This document shows positions 63,487 through 64,000 of a stretch of 64,000 bases of DNA, piece by piece. Source of the stretch: an uncultured Chloroflexia bacterium (lineage in GTDB: Bacteria > Chloroflexota > Limnocylindria > Limnocylindrales > CSP1-4); the NCBI GenBank assembly GCA_963819655.1, contig CAWFXA010000003.1, forward strand, positions 736,001 through 800,000. The letters run 5' to 3'. Positions within the stretch are counted from its first letter, which is position 1, and every line of letters begins with the position of its first letter. The notes beneath the pieces are model-generated. The model was not told the origin of the DNA. It worked only from the letters and a program-made list of their open reading frames with translations, and ran no database searches. The position numbers were made by a program, and so were the translations under genes.

Positions 63487-63605
63487 CGCATCTGTGAGAT
63501 GCACGTTGACGACGGCGCTGCGTGGACCTCGGCCCAGACGACATCCCCGAGCACACTGGGCATGCCGGCAAGGGAGCCTGTCTGAAATTCGCATCTGACG
63601 CTTGC
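63487..63605. repeat. 119-bp palindromic dispersed repeat, copy 2
   Basis: Ungapped match to 53709-53827; last 19 nt identical. Confidence 0.85.
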
Positions 63606-63692
63606 ACTAGCCCGTCATACGCCTGGGCGCTGAACGGCAACGACATCACGGAATGGCCCGCCGGATTCGGTAGGATGTCGGACCGACACCGG

Positions 63693-63778
63693 GCCGAAGT
63701 GGCGGAATGGCAGACGCTGCGGTCTCAAACACCGTTCCACGCAAGTGGGTGAGGGTTCGACTCCCTCCTTCGGCACCA
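63693..63778 (+). tRNA. tRNA-Leu(CAA)
   Basis: GCCGAAG stem, GCGGT-CT-CAA-AC-ACCGT, long variable arm, CCA. Confidence 0.96.
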
Positions 63779-63806
63779 GATCTGGTCGGACGCCTATGCT
63801 CGTGAG

Positions 63807-64000
63807 ATGAACGAGTCTCGCGGCCGGCGTCCGTCGCGGTTCATCGGGTATCCGACCGACTCGCTTCTCGCGGTCCTGCCCGACGCCGAGATCGCGGCGA
63901 AAGCCGCGGCCGCCCTCAAGGCGGCCGGAGTCCGGGATCGTGACATCACGATCCTGAAGGGCGACGAGGGCGCGTCCAGATTCGACCCGACCGGCGCCGT
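63807..64000 (+). CDS. Hypothetical protein, runs off the window edge
   Basis: MNESRGRRPSRFIGYPTDSLLAVLPD...; TATGCT -10 lies 6 nt upstream. Confidence 0.7.
   Translation, partial: MNESRGRRPSRFIGYPTDSLLAVLPDAEIAAKAAAALKAAGVRDRDITILKGDEGASRFDPTGA

Overview
GC-rich bacterial chromosomal segment, by gene content and protein style most likely Chloroflexota (Limnocylindria-like; inference, not tested). The backbone is housekeeping genes, mostly on the minus strand: ilvE, rpsF-ssb-rpsR, lemA-htpX, uvrC, secD-secF, recJ, pyrF, tatAC, rapZ-yvcK-whiA, tpiA-gpmI, secG, uvrA, uvrB, polA-mutM-ABC-F-coaE. It also carries nine tRNAs (four Leu, plus Cys, Gln, Gly, Phe, Val). Accessory genes sit mostly next to tRNA 3' ends: two ECF sigma/beta-propeller pairs, an adenylate cyclase, an ArsR-MFS-oxidase unit and secreted proteins. 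A partial Tad/Flp pilus locus lies divergent from uvrB and shares a LexA box region with it. The most notable features are non-coding: (1) a 119-bp palindromic REPIN/MITE-like element present twice, with one copy directly upstream of a solitary XRE-HTH/PD-(D/E)XK nuclease gene; (2) a second 186-bp inverted-repeat element after uvrD; (3) a 667-bp integrase-less insertion bounded by a duplicated tRNA-Val 3' end; (4) an apparent ATA start codon. An ECF sigma followed by two paralogous atypical anti-sigma factors is also notable. No CRISPR array, rRNA, integrase or transposase was seen.
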